From an uncultured delta proteobacterium (GTDB lineage Bacteria; Desulfobacterota; Binatia; Binatales; Binataceae), in contig CAVZDJ010000037.1 in the NCBI GenBank assembly GCA_963773975.1, positions 105,041 through 169,040 on the forward strand: 64,000 bases of DNA, given 5' to 3'. The notes under the pieces were generated by a model. The model made no database searches and was not told where the DNA came from. It saw nothing but the letters and a program-made list of their open reading frames with translations. Below, in pieces: positions 1 to 9,410 of the stretch. Position numbers and translations under genes: made by a program. Within the stretch, counting starts at the first letter, position 1; every line of letters begins with the position of its first letter.

Positions 1-163
1 GCCGCCGAGACTCCATCGCGAGCAGGTAGGCGACTACCCGCGCGCATTCGGGCCGCGGCCGGCCCTGCGCGTCAAACATCTCGTTGAGCGGCTGAAGTTT
101 GCCCACTTCTGCCTGCCAACCGGGCACCGAAATGCCCGCCCGCTGTGCATCCATCCAGTCCAC
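1..163 (-). CDS. hypothetical protein, N-terminal part only (gene runs off the left edge)
   Basis: The third minus-strand frame, absent from the ORF track because it is open-ended, reads (V)DWMDAQRAGISVPGWQAEVGKLQPLNEMFDAQGRPRPECARVVAYLLAMESRR with protein-like composition. Possible starts are GTG 163 or ATG 154. No family recognised. Confidence 0.25.
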   Translation of the reverse strand, partial: MDWMDAQRAGISVPGWQAEVGKLQPLNEMFDAQGRPRPECARVVAYLLAMESRR

Positions 164-262
164 CTCGCGCGAGCGCCCGTGTTTTGCGCGGCTGCGCACG
201 AGACGCGGGCCTCAACAGCAAGGGGCGTGCCCTGCCGGGACACTCGTATGGTAACGCGCGTA

Positions 263-1060
263 CTACGACAGGCGCGAGCGCCGCAGTTCCGAGATCGTCC
301 GGGTCAGGCGCGGCAGCACGTCGGCCGCGCCGCCCCGTAGGCTCAGATCGCATAGCCGCGTGATTTCCGATTCGTAGAGGTTCACTTCAATCAGGCGCCC
401 GCCACGTTCCTTGACCTCGATCGCGAACCCGGCCGCCGGATATACCGTCGCCGAGGTCCCACCCAGGATCACGAGGTCGGCGCGCGCCGAGTGCTCGGCA
501 CATTCGCGCAGCACGTCGGGCGGAATCGGCTCACCGAACGCGACCGTGTCGGCCTTCAGCAGGCCGCGGCATTTCGGACACGACGGGGGCAGCACCTTCA
601 GACTTACCTCTTTGGCCTGAAAGCGCGTCGCGCACTGAAGGCATCGGATGAGCTTCCAGTTGCCGTGAATCTCGGCCAGCGCCTTGTGACCGGACTGGCG
701 ATGGAGGTCGTCGACGTTCTGCGTGATAAGAAAGCGTAGCACGCCGATCTGCTCCAGTTCGACGAAGGCGTAGTGACCGGGGTTAGGCTTGGCGATTTTG
801 AGCGGCGCGAATAATTCGTCGTCCTGACGCTTGATCCGATCCTCCCATCCCTTCTTCGGATCGGCGAGGAAAATCTGGTAGCCGTTCATTGGCGGCTCAC
901 CGTACTTGGTCCACAGGCCGCCCGGACCGCGAAACGGCGGAATGCCGCTCTCGACCGACATCCCCGCGCCCGTCAGTGCGATCGGATAGTGCGCCCCCAG
1001 CAGCATTTCCGCCGCCTGCCTTATCTGCTCGTCGGTCGCACGTTCGACTTCTTTTGCCAT
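263..1060 (-). CDS. cobB: NAD-dependent protein deacylase, Sir2/CobB family
   Basis: This is the C-terminal 265 aa of the 586-aa track ORF, starting at ATG 1060 (MAKEVERATDEQIRQAAE...). It carries GAGMSVESGIPPFRG, QNVDDLH and the zinc ribbon CxxC...CPKC. The upstream part of the track ORF is antisense to other genes. Confidence 0.9.
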   Translation of the reverse strand: MAKEVERATDEQIRQAAEMLLGAHYPIALTGAGMSVESGIPPFRGPGGLWTKYGEPPMNGYQIFLADPKKGWEDRIKRQDDELFAPLKIAKPNPGHYAFVELEQIGVLRFLITQNVDDLHRQSGHKALAEIHGNWKLIRCLQCATRFQAKEVSLKVLPPSCPKCRGLLKADTVAFGEPIPPDVLRECAEHSARADLVILGGTSATVYPAAGFAIEVKERGGRLIEVNLYESEITRLCDLSLRGGAADVLPRLTRTISELRRSRLS

Positions 1061-1204
1061 CGCGCTCGCGTCACTCCCCGGCGCCTCAACCGGCGCCGCG
1101 TGCCCTTTGCCTTGCGAGCCTAGCACAATGGCGTTACCAGCTTTCAACTCGCCCCCGCGCGGCGCGGTTTGACGATGTTTCGGACGCGCGCTAGTGGAAA
1201 TGCG

Positions 1205-1648
1205 ATGGACGCTAAGACTCGGCTCCGCGTTATCGCGGTCGGCGACGATCGCTCGCGCATGGCGCAGGCGTGGGCGCTCCGCCGCCGCGTCTTTATCGAA
1301 GAACAGCACGTCCCCGAGGAAGTCGAACTCGACGCCGACGACGCGCGCGCCGTCCATGCGCTCGCGCTCGAAGGCGAGCAGCCGGTCGGATGCGGCCGCA
1401 TGCTCGCGCATGGCGATTACGTGAAGATCGGGCGCATGGCGGTGCTGGCCGAACGCCGCGGCGTCGGCGTCGGGCGGCGCGTGCTGGAGTTCCTGCTCGA
1501 ACATGCGCGCCAGCGAGGCTTTCGGCGCGCCGTGCTCGACGCTCAAGTGCAGGCCGAAAGCTTCTACCTGAAGCAGGGATTCATTCCCGTCGGCGAGGTG
1601 TTCGCGGAAGCCGGCATCATGCACCGCCGGATGGAACGCGCGCTCTAA
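1205..1648 (+). CDS. GNAT family N-acetyltransferase
   Basis: It shows VFIEEQHVPEEVELDADD, KIGRMAVLAERRGVGVGRRVLEFLLEHARQRG (acetyl-CoA Q/RxxGxG/A motif) and FYLKQGF. Start could be ATG 1205 or ATG 1169. It is divergent from cobB. Confidence 0.8.
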   Translation: MDAKTRLRVIAVGDDRSRMAQAWALRRRVFIEEQHVPEEVELDADDARAVHALALEGEQPVGCGRMLAHGDYVKIGRMAVLAERRGVGVGRRVLEFLLEHARQRGFRRAVLDAQVQAESFYLKQGFIPVGEVFAEAGIMHRRMERAL

Positions 1649-1697
1649 GGATCGAAAAGCCAGCAAAATCGAAAATCGATCGAGACGAAGGTAACTT

Positions 1698-2030
1698 ATG
1701 CTCCGGCGAGTACTATTAGTATCCATGGCGGCGGCTTTGCTCGCGATGCCTTGGATCTCGGCGCGCTCGATCGCTGCGGGCATGGACGGCGTCATCATGC
1801 AGGGCGGCAAAATGATGCTGATGAAGGCCGGCAAGGCGATGGATCCGATGAACGCCAGCATAACGATGTCCAACGGCGCGGTCGTGATGCCTGACGGCGC
1901 GGTCAAGCTGCTCGGCGGGCAGGTACTGCATTTGAAGGACGGCCAGATGATGATGATGGACGGGACGATCATGGATGGCGGCAAAGCCAAGTCGATGATG
2001 AAACCCCAGGGCGTGGATACCAATGAGTAA
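1698..2030 (+). CDS. secreted methionine-rich small protein (unknown function)
   Basis: A 27-aa signal peptide (MLRRVLLVSMAAALLAMPWISARSIAA) precedes an 83-aa mature part containing 16 Met (19%), including an MMMM run, KMMLMK and SMMK. The mature part has no Cys. Its stop overlaps the start of the next gene by 8 nt. Confidence 0.7.
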   Translation: MLRRVLLVSMAAALLAMPWISARSIAAGMDGVIMQGGKMMLMKAGKAMDPMNASITMSNGAVVMPDGAVKLLGGQVLHLKDGQMMMMDGTIMDGGKAKSMMKPQGVDTNE

Positions 2031-2739
2031 CGCCCTGCCCTCCAGCGTCGCGAGCAAGCGCACTCCGACGCATGACCCGGCCGCCGATCCTCGATTCAGC
2101 GGACGGCGCATCCAGCCGCTCACGATACGCGTCAACCATTGGCTGAACGCGCTGTTCATTGTCCTGATGGCGGGCAGCGGGCTGGAAATCTTTGCCGCTT
2201 ATCCTTCGCTCGGGCCGCAAGGCGCGAAATACGGATGGTATCCATGGCAGGGAGTCGCGCCGCCGAAATGGCTGACGATCGGCGGATGGCTGGCGGGTGC
2301 GCGGCACTGGCATTTCGCGATCGCCTGGTTTTTGCTGCTGAATGGGGTCATTTACGTCGCGTATTTCTTCGGGCGTGGCGAATGGCGGCGGCGGCTTTTT
2401 CTGCCGGCTCGCGACGCGGGCAACGCGCTCCGAATGTTAGGCTACTATCTGCGCGTGCTGAAAACGCCGCCGCCTGCCGAGTTCTACAATGGCCTGCAAC
2501 GCTTCGCCTACAGCTCGGTCGTAATAGTCGTAACTCTGCAGGTGCTGTCGGGATTGGCTATCTACAAGCCGGTGCAGATCCACTGGCTATTGAGAATATT
2601 CGGAGGCTACGACGTGGCCCGCGTTATCCATCTGCTCGGGTTGGTGTTTATCGCGATGTTCGTCGCGACTCATATCGTGCTGGTGCTGCTGCATCCGCGC
2701 GAGTTGCTGGCGATGATCACCGGAGGCAAGCGTGGCTAA
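2023..2739 (+). CDS. membrane b-type cytochrome (Ni/Fe-hydrogenase / PhsC-type cytochrome b family)
   Basis: It is a multi-TM protein with conserved His in TM helices (VNHWLNALF, ARHWHFAIAWF, VIHLLGLVF...THIVLVLLHP). It overlaps both neighbours by 8 nt, which suggests translational coupling. Confidence 0.8.
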   Translation: MSNALPSSVASKRTPTHDPAADPRFSGRRIQPLTIRVNHWLNALFIVLMAGSGLEIFAAYPSLGPQGAKYGWYPWQGVAPPKWLTIGGWLAGARHWHFAIAWFLLLNGVIYVAYFFGRGEWRRRLFLPARDAGNALRMLGYYLRVLKTPPPAEFYNGLQRFAYSSVVIVVTLQVLSGLAIYKPVQIHWLLRIFGGYDVARVIHLLGLVFIAMFVATHIVLVLLHPRELLAMITGGKRG

Positions 2740-3430
2740 GACAATAACGCGGCGAAAGCTGCTCACCGGGTTCGCGGCTGCCTCCTTGCTCGCGGGATGC
2801 GACGCGCGCCATCCGGTGACGGCCTTTCTCAAGTGTATGCTGCGCTTCAATGAAGGCTTCGAGGCACTGCTCTTCTCGCCCTCGCGTCTCGCACCCGAGG
2901 CACCAGAGAAAGACCTGACACCGGAGGGCGCGTTTCCGGCTTATTTTATTGCGGACACGATGCCGTTTCCGCCCGCTGGATGGTCGCTCAAAGTGGGCGG
3001 GATGGTCGCGCGCCCGGGCACGTTCACGCTCGAGCAATTGAAGTCGATGCCCCGCACCGACATGCGCGTGCGCCATCATTGCGTGGAGGGCTGGTCGGCG
3101 GTCGCGGCGTGGCACGGCCTGCGGCTTAGCGAACTCGCACGCGCGGTCGGGGCCGATCCCCGCGTGAGGTACGTCGAGTTCCGCTCGTTCGACGAAGACT
3201 ACTGGTCGTCTTGGGACATCGGCAGCGCGCTACATCCGCAGACCCTGCTCGCCTATGGGATGAACGGGCACGAATTGCATCCCGATCACGGCGCGCCGCT
3301 TCGGGTCTACTCCGCGATCAAGCTCGGGTATAAAAGCGTCAAGTATTTGACCGAGGTTAATTTTCTGCCCACTCGCACCGGCGGTGGCTATTGGGAGGAC
3401 CAGGGTTACGATTGGTTCGCCGGCGTGTGA
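2732..3430 (+). CDS. molybdopterin-dependent oxidoreductase, sulfite-oxidase fold (YedY/MsrP-related), Tat-lipoprotein signal
   Basis: It has an RRKLL twin-arginine motif plus an LLAGC lipobox. It also has the HHCVEGWS Mo-ligand Cys motif and GAPLRVYSAIKLGYKSVKYL, which is typical of the Oxidored_molyb domain. The start is GTG. Confidence 0.85.
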   Translation: MAKTITRRKLLTGFAAASLLAGCDARHPVTAFLKCMLRFNEGFEALLFSPSRLAPEAPEKDLTPEGAFPAYFIADTMPFPPAGWSLKVGGMVARPGTFTLEQLKSMPRTDMRVRHHCVEGWSAVAAWHGLRLSELARAVGADPRVRYVEFRSFDEDYWSSWDIGSALHPQTLLAYGMNGHELHPDHGAPLRVYSAIKLGYKSVKYLTEVNFLPTRTGGGYWEDQGYDWFAGV

Positions 3431-3448
3431 GCGCAAAGACAGGGAATC

Positions 3449-4654
<1,206 letters not shown>

Positions 4655-5479
4655 TTACACGGTCGCGAAGAATTCCTCGATGGTGCGCGCGACCGCCGCC
4701 GGCTGCTCGAGGATCACGTGATGATGCGCCCCCGGAATAGTCACCAGCGAGGCCAGCGGATTGGAGGCCACGGCGCGCGCGGCGCCCTCGGCGGTCATGA
4801 TGCGGCTCTTCTCGGCGCGAATCAGCAGGAGCGGGTCGCGAATCCGGGTGATCGCGGCGAGCACGTCGATTCCGTCGCTGCCGAGAAAGCTGTCGCGGTC
4901 GAACTTCATCGTCCAGCCGCCCTCGGAGGTCCGTCCGAGGCTTTTTTCCGCGATCGTTCTAAGTGTCGCCGGCGCGATCTCGCCCTCCTTGGGCATCAGG
5001 CGAAAGCGCGCGAGCGCGGTTTCGCGGTCGGGATAGTTGATGACCGGCAATCCCTTGAGCCGGCGCAGGTAGTGGTTGCGCCGATCGTTGGAGGTGACCG
5101 CGGAGTCGATCGCGACGATCGCGCGCGCGGCGCCCGGATACTCGGCGGCCAAGGCGAGCGCGCTTATCCCGCCCATGCTGTGCCCGGCCACGAACGGGCG
5201 CGGCGGTGCGCACTCGGCGATGAAACGCGCGAGGTCGTGGGCGTAGGCGAGCGGGCTGTAAGCCGGCGGCCGAATCCATTCGCTGTCGCCGTGGCCGCGC
5301 TGATCGAGCGCGAGCAGGCGGAGGTCTGCCGCGCGCATCGCGCCGGCCAGCGGCTGCCACCACCATGCATTGGCCGAATTGCCGTGGAGCAGCACGAGCG
5401 TGCGCGTCGCGCCGGGATTCCATTCGAGGTAGTGCAGGCGCGGCGCGGAGCCGGTGAAGTGGCTCAGCGGTTCGCTCAT
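4655..5479 (-). CDS. alpha/beta hydrolase
   Basis: It has the HGNSANAWWW oxyanion region, the GHSMGG nucleophile elbow and a C-terminal His (GAHHHV). It lies 18 nt upstream of pobA. Confidence 0.85.
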   Translation of the reverse strand: MSEPLSHFTGSAPRLHYLEWNPGATRTLVLLHGNSANAWWWQPLAGAMRAADLRLLALDQRGHGDSEWIRPPAYSPLAYAHDLARFIAECAPPRPFVAGHSMGGISALALAAEYPGAARAIVAIDSAVTSNDRRNHYLRRLKGLPVINYPDRETALARFRLMPKEGEIAPATLRTIAEKSLGRTSEGGWTMKFDRDSFLGSDGIDVLAAITRIRDPLLLIRAEKSRIMTAEGAARAVASNPLASLVTIPGAHHHVILEQPAAVARTIEEFFATV

Positions 5480-6316
5480 TTACGCCGCCCGGCCCGCGAC
5501 TTCATCGAGAAACGGCGTCATCACAGCGGCCAGTCCCAACGGATTGTCGATCGGCGCGTGATGGTTCGAATTCTCGAGCTCGACCATCCGACCATCCGCC
5601 ATCCGCGCCGCCATCGCGCGCGCGAACGACGCCGAGAGCACCGGGCTCAGCGCCGCCTTAATGAGCAGCGCGGGGCATCGGATGCGCGCGAGTTCGCCGT
5701 CGAGCTGCACCGGTTCGCGCCGCAGCGTCCGGCGATCCATCTTGTGCACCCATTTGCCGTCATCGCGTTGGCGAAAGCTCAGCTCCGCCACGTGGCGCAG
5801 AACCTCGGGCGCGGCGACCGTCTCGCCCGGCAGCAGGCGAAACGAAGCGAGCGCGTCGTTCAGCGATTCGTACACCGAAGCGGGGCGATCGGCGATCGCG
5901 GCGAGCGTCGCGACCGCGTGCTCCGGGTAGGCCGGTATCGAATCGATCGCGACCATCGCGCGCAACCGCTCGCTGTGCCCGACCGCGTAAACCATCGCGC
6001 TGTGCCCGCCCATCGAGTGCCCCACCAGGACCGGCGCGCCCAAGCCCCATCCGTCGATCACCGCCTCGAGGTCAGCTGCGTAGTGACGCGAACCATAGGC
6101 CCATTGCCCCGTCCACGGGCTGTCACCGTGGCCGCGTTGGTCGAGCGCGAGTACGTGGAAGCGGCCAACGAGCGCGGGCGCAAGGAAATCCCACCATCGC
6201 GCGTGTGCCGCGCCTCCGTGCACCAGCAGCATCGGCGGGCTGCCCTCGCCTCCGTAGTCGACGCAGTTAAGCTCGATTCCGGCGCCCTTGAATTTCCTGA
6301 CCTTCCGATGCTCCAT
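5480..6316 (-). CDS. alpha/beta hydrolase (paralog of the neighbour)
   Basis: The start is ATG 6316 (MEHRKVRKFKGAGIELN...). It has HGGAAHARWWD and GHSMGG. Its stop abuts the start of the downstream hydrolase. Confidence 0.85.
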   Translation of the reverse strand: MEHRKVRKFKGAGIELNCVDYGGEGSPPMLLVHGGAAHARWWDFLAPALVGRFHVLALDQRGHGDSPWTGQWAYGSRHYAADLEAVIDGWGLGAPVLVGHSMGGHSAMVYAVGHSERLRAMVAIDSIPAYPEHAVATLAAIADRPASVYESLNDALASFRLLPGETVAAPEVLRHVAELSFRQRDDGKWVHKMDRRTLRREPVQLDGELARIRCPALLIKAALSPVLSASFARAMAARMADGRMVELENSNHHAPIDNPLGLAAVMTPFLDEVAGRAA

Positions 6317-6431
6317 CCGGGAAACTTTAAACCTTTCCTGCGCTCGCGGTACCGCGCGCCAGCTCGGCAGCGTCGGGTCCGCGGCTTTGCAACACGTAAC
6401 TCCGCGTGCCACGATTCTATCAGTGGTGGGT

Positions 6432-7001
6432 ATGATCAATTCAATGCGCGTGGGAGCCAAACTGGTTGTGCTGGGCCTCGCGGGGATGCTCGCGATGGGC
6501 CGGCCGATGACTGCGCGCGCGGACGAAGCCAGCGCAGCCAAGGCGCGCTCGCTGGTCGAGGCCGCCATCAATATGACCGACAGCCAGCAGGCGGTGAAGC
6601 TGCTCTGGCAGGCGAGTGATATCGACCCGACGCTGGAGGACCCGTACGTCTACCTCGGCCTCTATTACAACTCGCGATCGCAGTTCGACCAGGTGGTCTC
6701 GGTCTATAAAAAGCTGATCAAGTACGAACCTAACTCGCTAAGCGCCTATCTCAATATCGGCGAGGCGTACATGTCGTTCACGCCACCCAAGGCGTCCGAG
6801 GCGCTCCCCTACTATCAGAAGGCATATCAGATCGACGCGACCTCGGCGTTCGCCGCGCTCAGGCTCGGCGAGGTTTACGCGCAGATGGGCAATCGCGAGC
6901 AGGCGGCGCACTATCTCAATCAGGCCGTGGGCGACAGCGCCAAAAATCCGGCCGTAGCGGCCGAGGCGCGCAAGGTGTTGGGCGACCTGGGCGCGATGTA
7001 G
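6432..7001 (+). CDS. secreted tetratricopeptide-repeat protein
   Basis: The start is ATG 6432. A signal peptide (MINSMRVGAKLVVLGLAGMLAMG...ARA) is followed by TPR-like repeats (YVYLGLYY, AYLNIGEAY, LRLGEVYAQMGN). Confidence 0.75.
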   Translation: MINSMRVGAKLVVLGLAGMLAMGRPMTARADEASAAKARSLVEAAINMTDSQQAVKLLWQASDIDPTLEDPYVYLGLYYNSRSQFDQVVSVYKKLIKYEPNSLSAYLNIGEAYMSFTPPKASEALPYYQKAYQIDATSAFAALRLGEVYAQMGNREQAAHYLNQAVGDSAKNPAVAAEARKVLGDLGAM

Positions 7002-7031
7002 AAGCGGTGCGGAGAAATCAAGTGCTGGCGA

Positions 7032-7475
7032 TTAAGGAGCGGGGCTGGCGCCGTCGTGAGGCCCGCCCGTAGGAGAAGATCCACCTTCACGAGGCCTGCC
7101 TTCGCCTGCATGCATGCCGGGACCGCCGCCGCGGTCGTGATCGGGAGGCCTGAATTCGCGATCGAATTTCTCCTGCTGCTCGGGCGTCAGCAAGGCGCGC
7201 ACCCGCGTCCGCGCCTGTAGTATCGTTGCATGGCGCTGTTGCTGAAACTCCTCGCGCAGGTTCATCACCTTGGCGCGCGTCTCGTTGATCATCTGGAGGA
7301 TTTGATCGCGCTGCGCGGGCGTCAGATTCAGCTCATGCTGCATCCGGTCGATGAACGGCCCGCGCGGAACCCCCAGCCATCGGTAGCGATACGCTAAACT
7401 GCTGGCGGCGAATCCGATCGCGAGGCCCGCGACCGCAATCGCTACGAAGAGCCAGCCCTTTCCACTATCCGGCAA
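7032..7475 (-). CDS. membrane-anchored periplasmic LTXXQ-motif protein (Spy/CpxP-like heavy-metal/stress sensor family)
   Basis: It has an N-terminal TM anchor and two LTXXQ-type motifs (LNLTPAQRDQI, LLTPEQQEKF). It overlaps the anti-sigma gene by 11 nt. Confidence 0.7.
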   Translation of the reverse strand: MPDSGKGWLFVAIAVAGLAIGFAASSLAYRYRWLGVPRGPFIDRMQHELNLTPAQRDQILQMINETRAKVMNLREEFQQQRHATILQARTRVRALLTPEQQEKFDREFRPPDHDRGGGPGMHAGEGRPREGGSSPTGGPHDGASPAP

Positions 7476-8022
7476 GGTCGCTGCTCACCGCTGGAATTGA
7501 GGGTATCTGCTGACCGAGGAAATCCGTGTCGGGCTGTGTAGTCGTCTCGGAAATCGAATCCGAATTGACCAGGGCGTCGTCGAAGGACTGCGACGGCGCG
7601 GCCACCGAGAAGTAGGCGAGCAACACCGCCGCCGCGACCGCCGACAATCCCGCCGCGGCCTCGCGCCAGCGACGCGACGGGCGGCGATCCGCGAGCTGGT
7701 AAACCGACGCGCGCCGCAGAATCTCGGCCGCCCGATTAGCGTCGGCGCTGCGCAGGCCGTTCATGTCGATAGGGAATTCGAGATGAGGAACGTCGCGCGG
7801 CATGGTTTGCGGCAAATCATGCGCCGGCGCGTTGATTGAGGGCTGGGCCGCGGCAGCGCTCCCGGAATGAAGCATCGGCGCCGCCAGCGCAAAGGCCCGA
7901 AATGCGCGGTCGCACTTCGAGCATCGCTTGAGATGCGCAAGCAACTCGCGGCGGCGTTCGCCCTCGAGCGCGCGCTGCCAAAAGCCCACGAAATCCTGAC
8001 GTGCCTCGAAACAGTTCATCAT
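7465..8022 (-). CDS. anti-sigma factor (zf-HC2 type), single-pass membrane
   Basis: It has the N-terminal H-x3-C-x2-C motif (AHLKRCSKCDRAF) and a central TM segment (AAAGLSAVAAAVLLAYFSV). There is a 4-nt overlap with the sigma factor stop. Confidence 0.75.
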   Translation of the reverse strand: MMNCFEARQDFVGFWQRALEGERRRELLAHLKRCSKCDRAFRAFALAAPMLHSGSAAAAQPSINAPAHDLPQTMPRDVPHLEFPIDMNGLRSADANRAAEILRRASVYQLADRRPSRRWREAAAGLSAVAAAVLLAYFSVAAPSQSFDDALVNSDSISETTTQPDTDFLGQQIPSIPAVSSDLAG

Positions 8023-8657
8023 TTACTCTCCGCCTTGCCCGGCCGCACCAGGCGCGCCGCTTGACGACGCAACGCCTGTCGCGCCCGAAAGGCACGAATC
8101 TTAACCTTCGCTTCGCTCCAGCCGACGATCGCGGCAATTTCGCTGACGCTCATCTCCTCGCCGTTCTGCAGCGTCAGTACCAATCTATCCTCCGGCTTAA
8201 GCGTTGCCAGTAGCTTGTCCGCCAGCGTCTTGGCCTCGCGCCGTTCCTCAGCCGCTTCGACCAACTCCTCAGGAGTGGCCGTATTAACCAATCCCAGCCA
8301 GTTTGCCTCGGCCGCGCTGAAGTCGGCCACCAGTTCCTCGGGGCGACGCCGGCGCCGGCGCAACTCGTCATAACATAAGTTGGTCGCGATGGCGCGCAAC
8401 CAGGCACCGAACGGAATCTCGGCGCGGTAACCCTTCAGTCCGCCGTAGGCGTGAATGAAGGTTTCCTGCGCGAGATCGCGGACCTGCTCAAGATCGGAAA
8501 AGAAGCGCTGGCAGATGCGCTCTACGCGTGAGCGATGGCGTGTGGCGAGCTCCGCGAAGGCGGCTGGCTCGCCGTTCAGCGCCCCCGCTACCAGGTCCTG
8601 GTCCGATGGCTCCGACACGCTACGCGCGAATCGCTTGAATGCAAGGATGCCACGCAT
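8019..8657 (-). CDS. ECF-type RNA polymerase sigma factor (sigma-70 family)
   Basis: The start is ATG 8657. It has region 2 (DLAQETFIHAY...FGAWL) and a region 4 HTH (MSVSEIAAIVGWSEAKVKIRAFRARQAL). Confidence 0.85.
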   Translation of the reverse strand: MRGILAFKRFARSVSEPSDQDLVAGALNGEPAAFAELATRHRSRVERICQRFFSDLEQVRDLAQETFIHAYGGLKGYRAEIPFGAWLRAIATNLCYDELRRRRRRPEELVADFSAAEANWLGLVNTATPEELVEAAEERREAKTLADKLLATLKPEDRLVLTLQNGEEMSVSEIAAIVGWSEAKVKIRAFRARQALRRQAARLVRPGKAESK

Positions 8658-8730
8658 ACCTGATAGAAAGTACGATGGCTCCGACCCATGGTTACACCAA
8701 AAGCTGCCTGATTGGCGCCCGAATTTGCCC

Positions 8731-9387
8731 TCATCGAGCGCCACTCCCGCCTGGAGGCCGGGCCAGGCCGGCGCGCTCCAGGTCCGCGGGTGTATCGAGG
8801 TCGGTTAGCACCCCCGGGTCATCGACGTTGACGTACGCGACGCGCGACGGGTCTGCCGCCACGACCGCCCGCGCGCCCTGGTCTTCAGGGGCGGCTGCCA
8901 GCTCGACAAACAGTTCGCGCGCGAACAGCACCGGATGCCCCCGGCGACCCCGGTAGCACGCGATCGCTATCGGCTTGCCCGCTCGCCGGTAACTTTCGAC
9001 CACGGCCGCGAAGGTCTCCGCACGGACCATCGGGTGGTCTGCCAGGTGAACCAGCACGCCCGCCGCCGTCGCGCCAACCCGAGGCAGCGCGGCCTTGATC
9101 GAGGACAGTTGGCCCTTAAGAAAGTCGGGGTTGTCGACCACGAGGATTCGCGGGTCGGCGGGAATCGCGCCGCGCACCGCGTCGGCATGCGCGCCGACGA
9201 CCACGATCAGCCGCGCGACGCTTTGGAGCATCGCGGCCGTCAGTATTTCGATGAAGGTGCGCGAGCCCAGCTTGAGCAGCGGCTTGGGATAGCCCATCCG
9301 GCGCGATTCGCCCGCGGCCAGCAGGATCGCCTCGAACGACGCGCCCGCAGCGGGCGGTCCGCTTCCGGCCGCGCGCGCCGCCACCAC
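8731..9387 (-). CDS. MobA/MocA-like nucleotidyltransferase (molybdenum cofactor cytidylyltransferase-like)
   Basis: It has AILLAAGESRRMGYPKPLL and HLADHP motifs. There is no ATG before the LAAG motif, so the start must be TTG 9402 or GTG 9387/9384, just downstream of the xdhC stop. The rest of the 334-aa track ORF overlaps xdhC. Confidence 0.72.
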   Translation of the reverse strand: MVAARAAGSGPPAAGASFEAILLAAGESRRMGYPKPLLKLGSRTFIEILTAAMLQSVARLIVVVGAHADAVRGAIPADPRILVVDNPDFLKGQLSSIKAALPRVGATAAGVLVHLADHPMVRAETFAAVVESYRRAGKPIAIACYRGRRGHPVLFARELFVELAAAPEDQGARAVVAADPSRVAYVNVDDPGVLTDLDTPADLERAGLARPPGGSGAR

Positions 9388-9410
9388 GGGATCGCTGCCC
9401 AACGGCGTGC

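Noticed and set aside
1649-1697. Tandem AAAATCG-AAAATCG upstream of the Met-rich protein gene
   Set aside because: There are only two short copies, too little to distinguish from chance. It is noted only as a possible promoter-proximal element.
263-2023. 586-aa ORF taken at face value
   Set aside because: Only the C-terminal 265 aa (from ATG 1060) are Sir2. The N-terminal 320 aa run antisense through the GNAT gene and the Met-rich protein gene and have no protein-like features.
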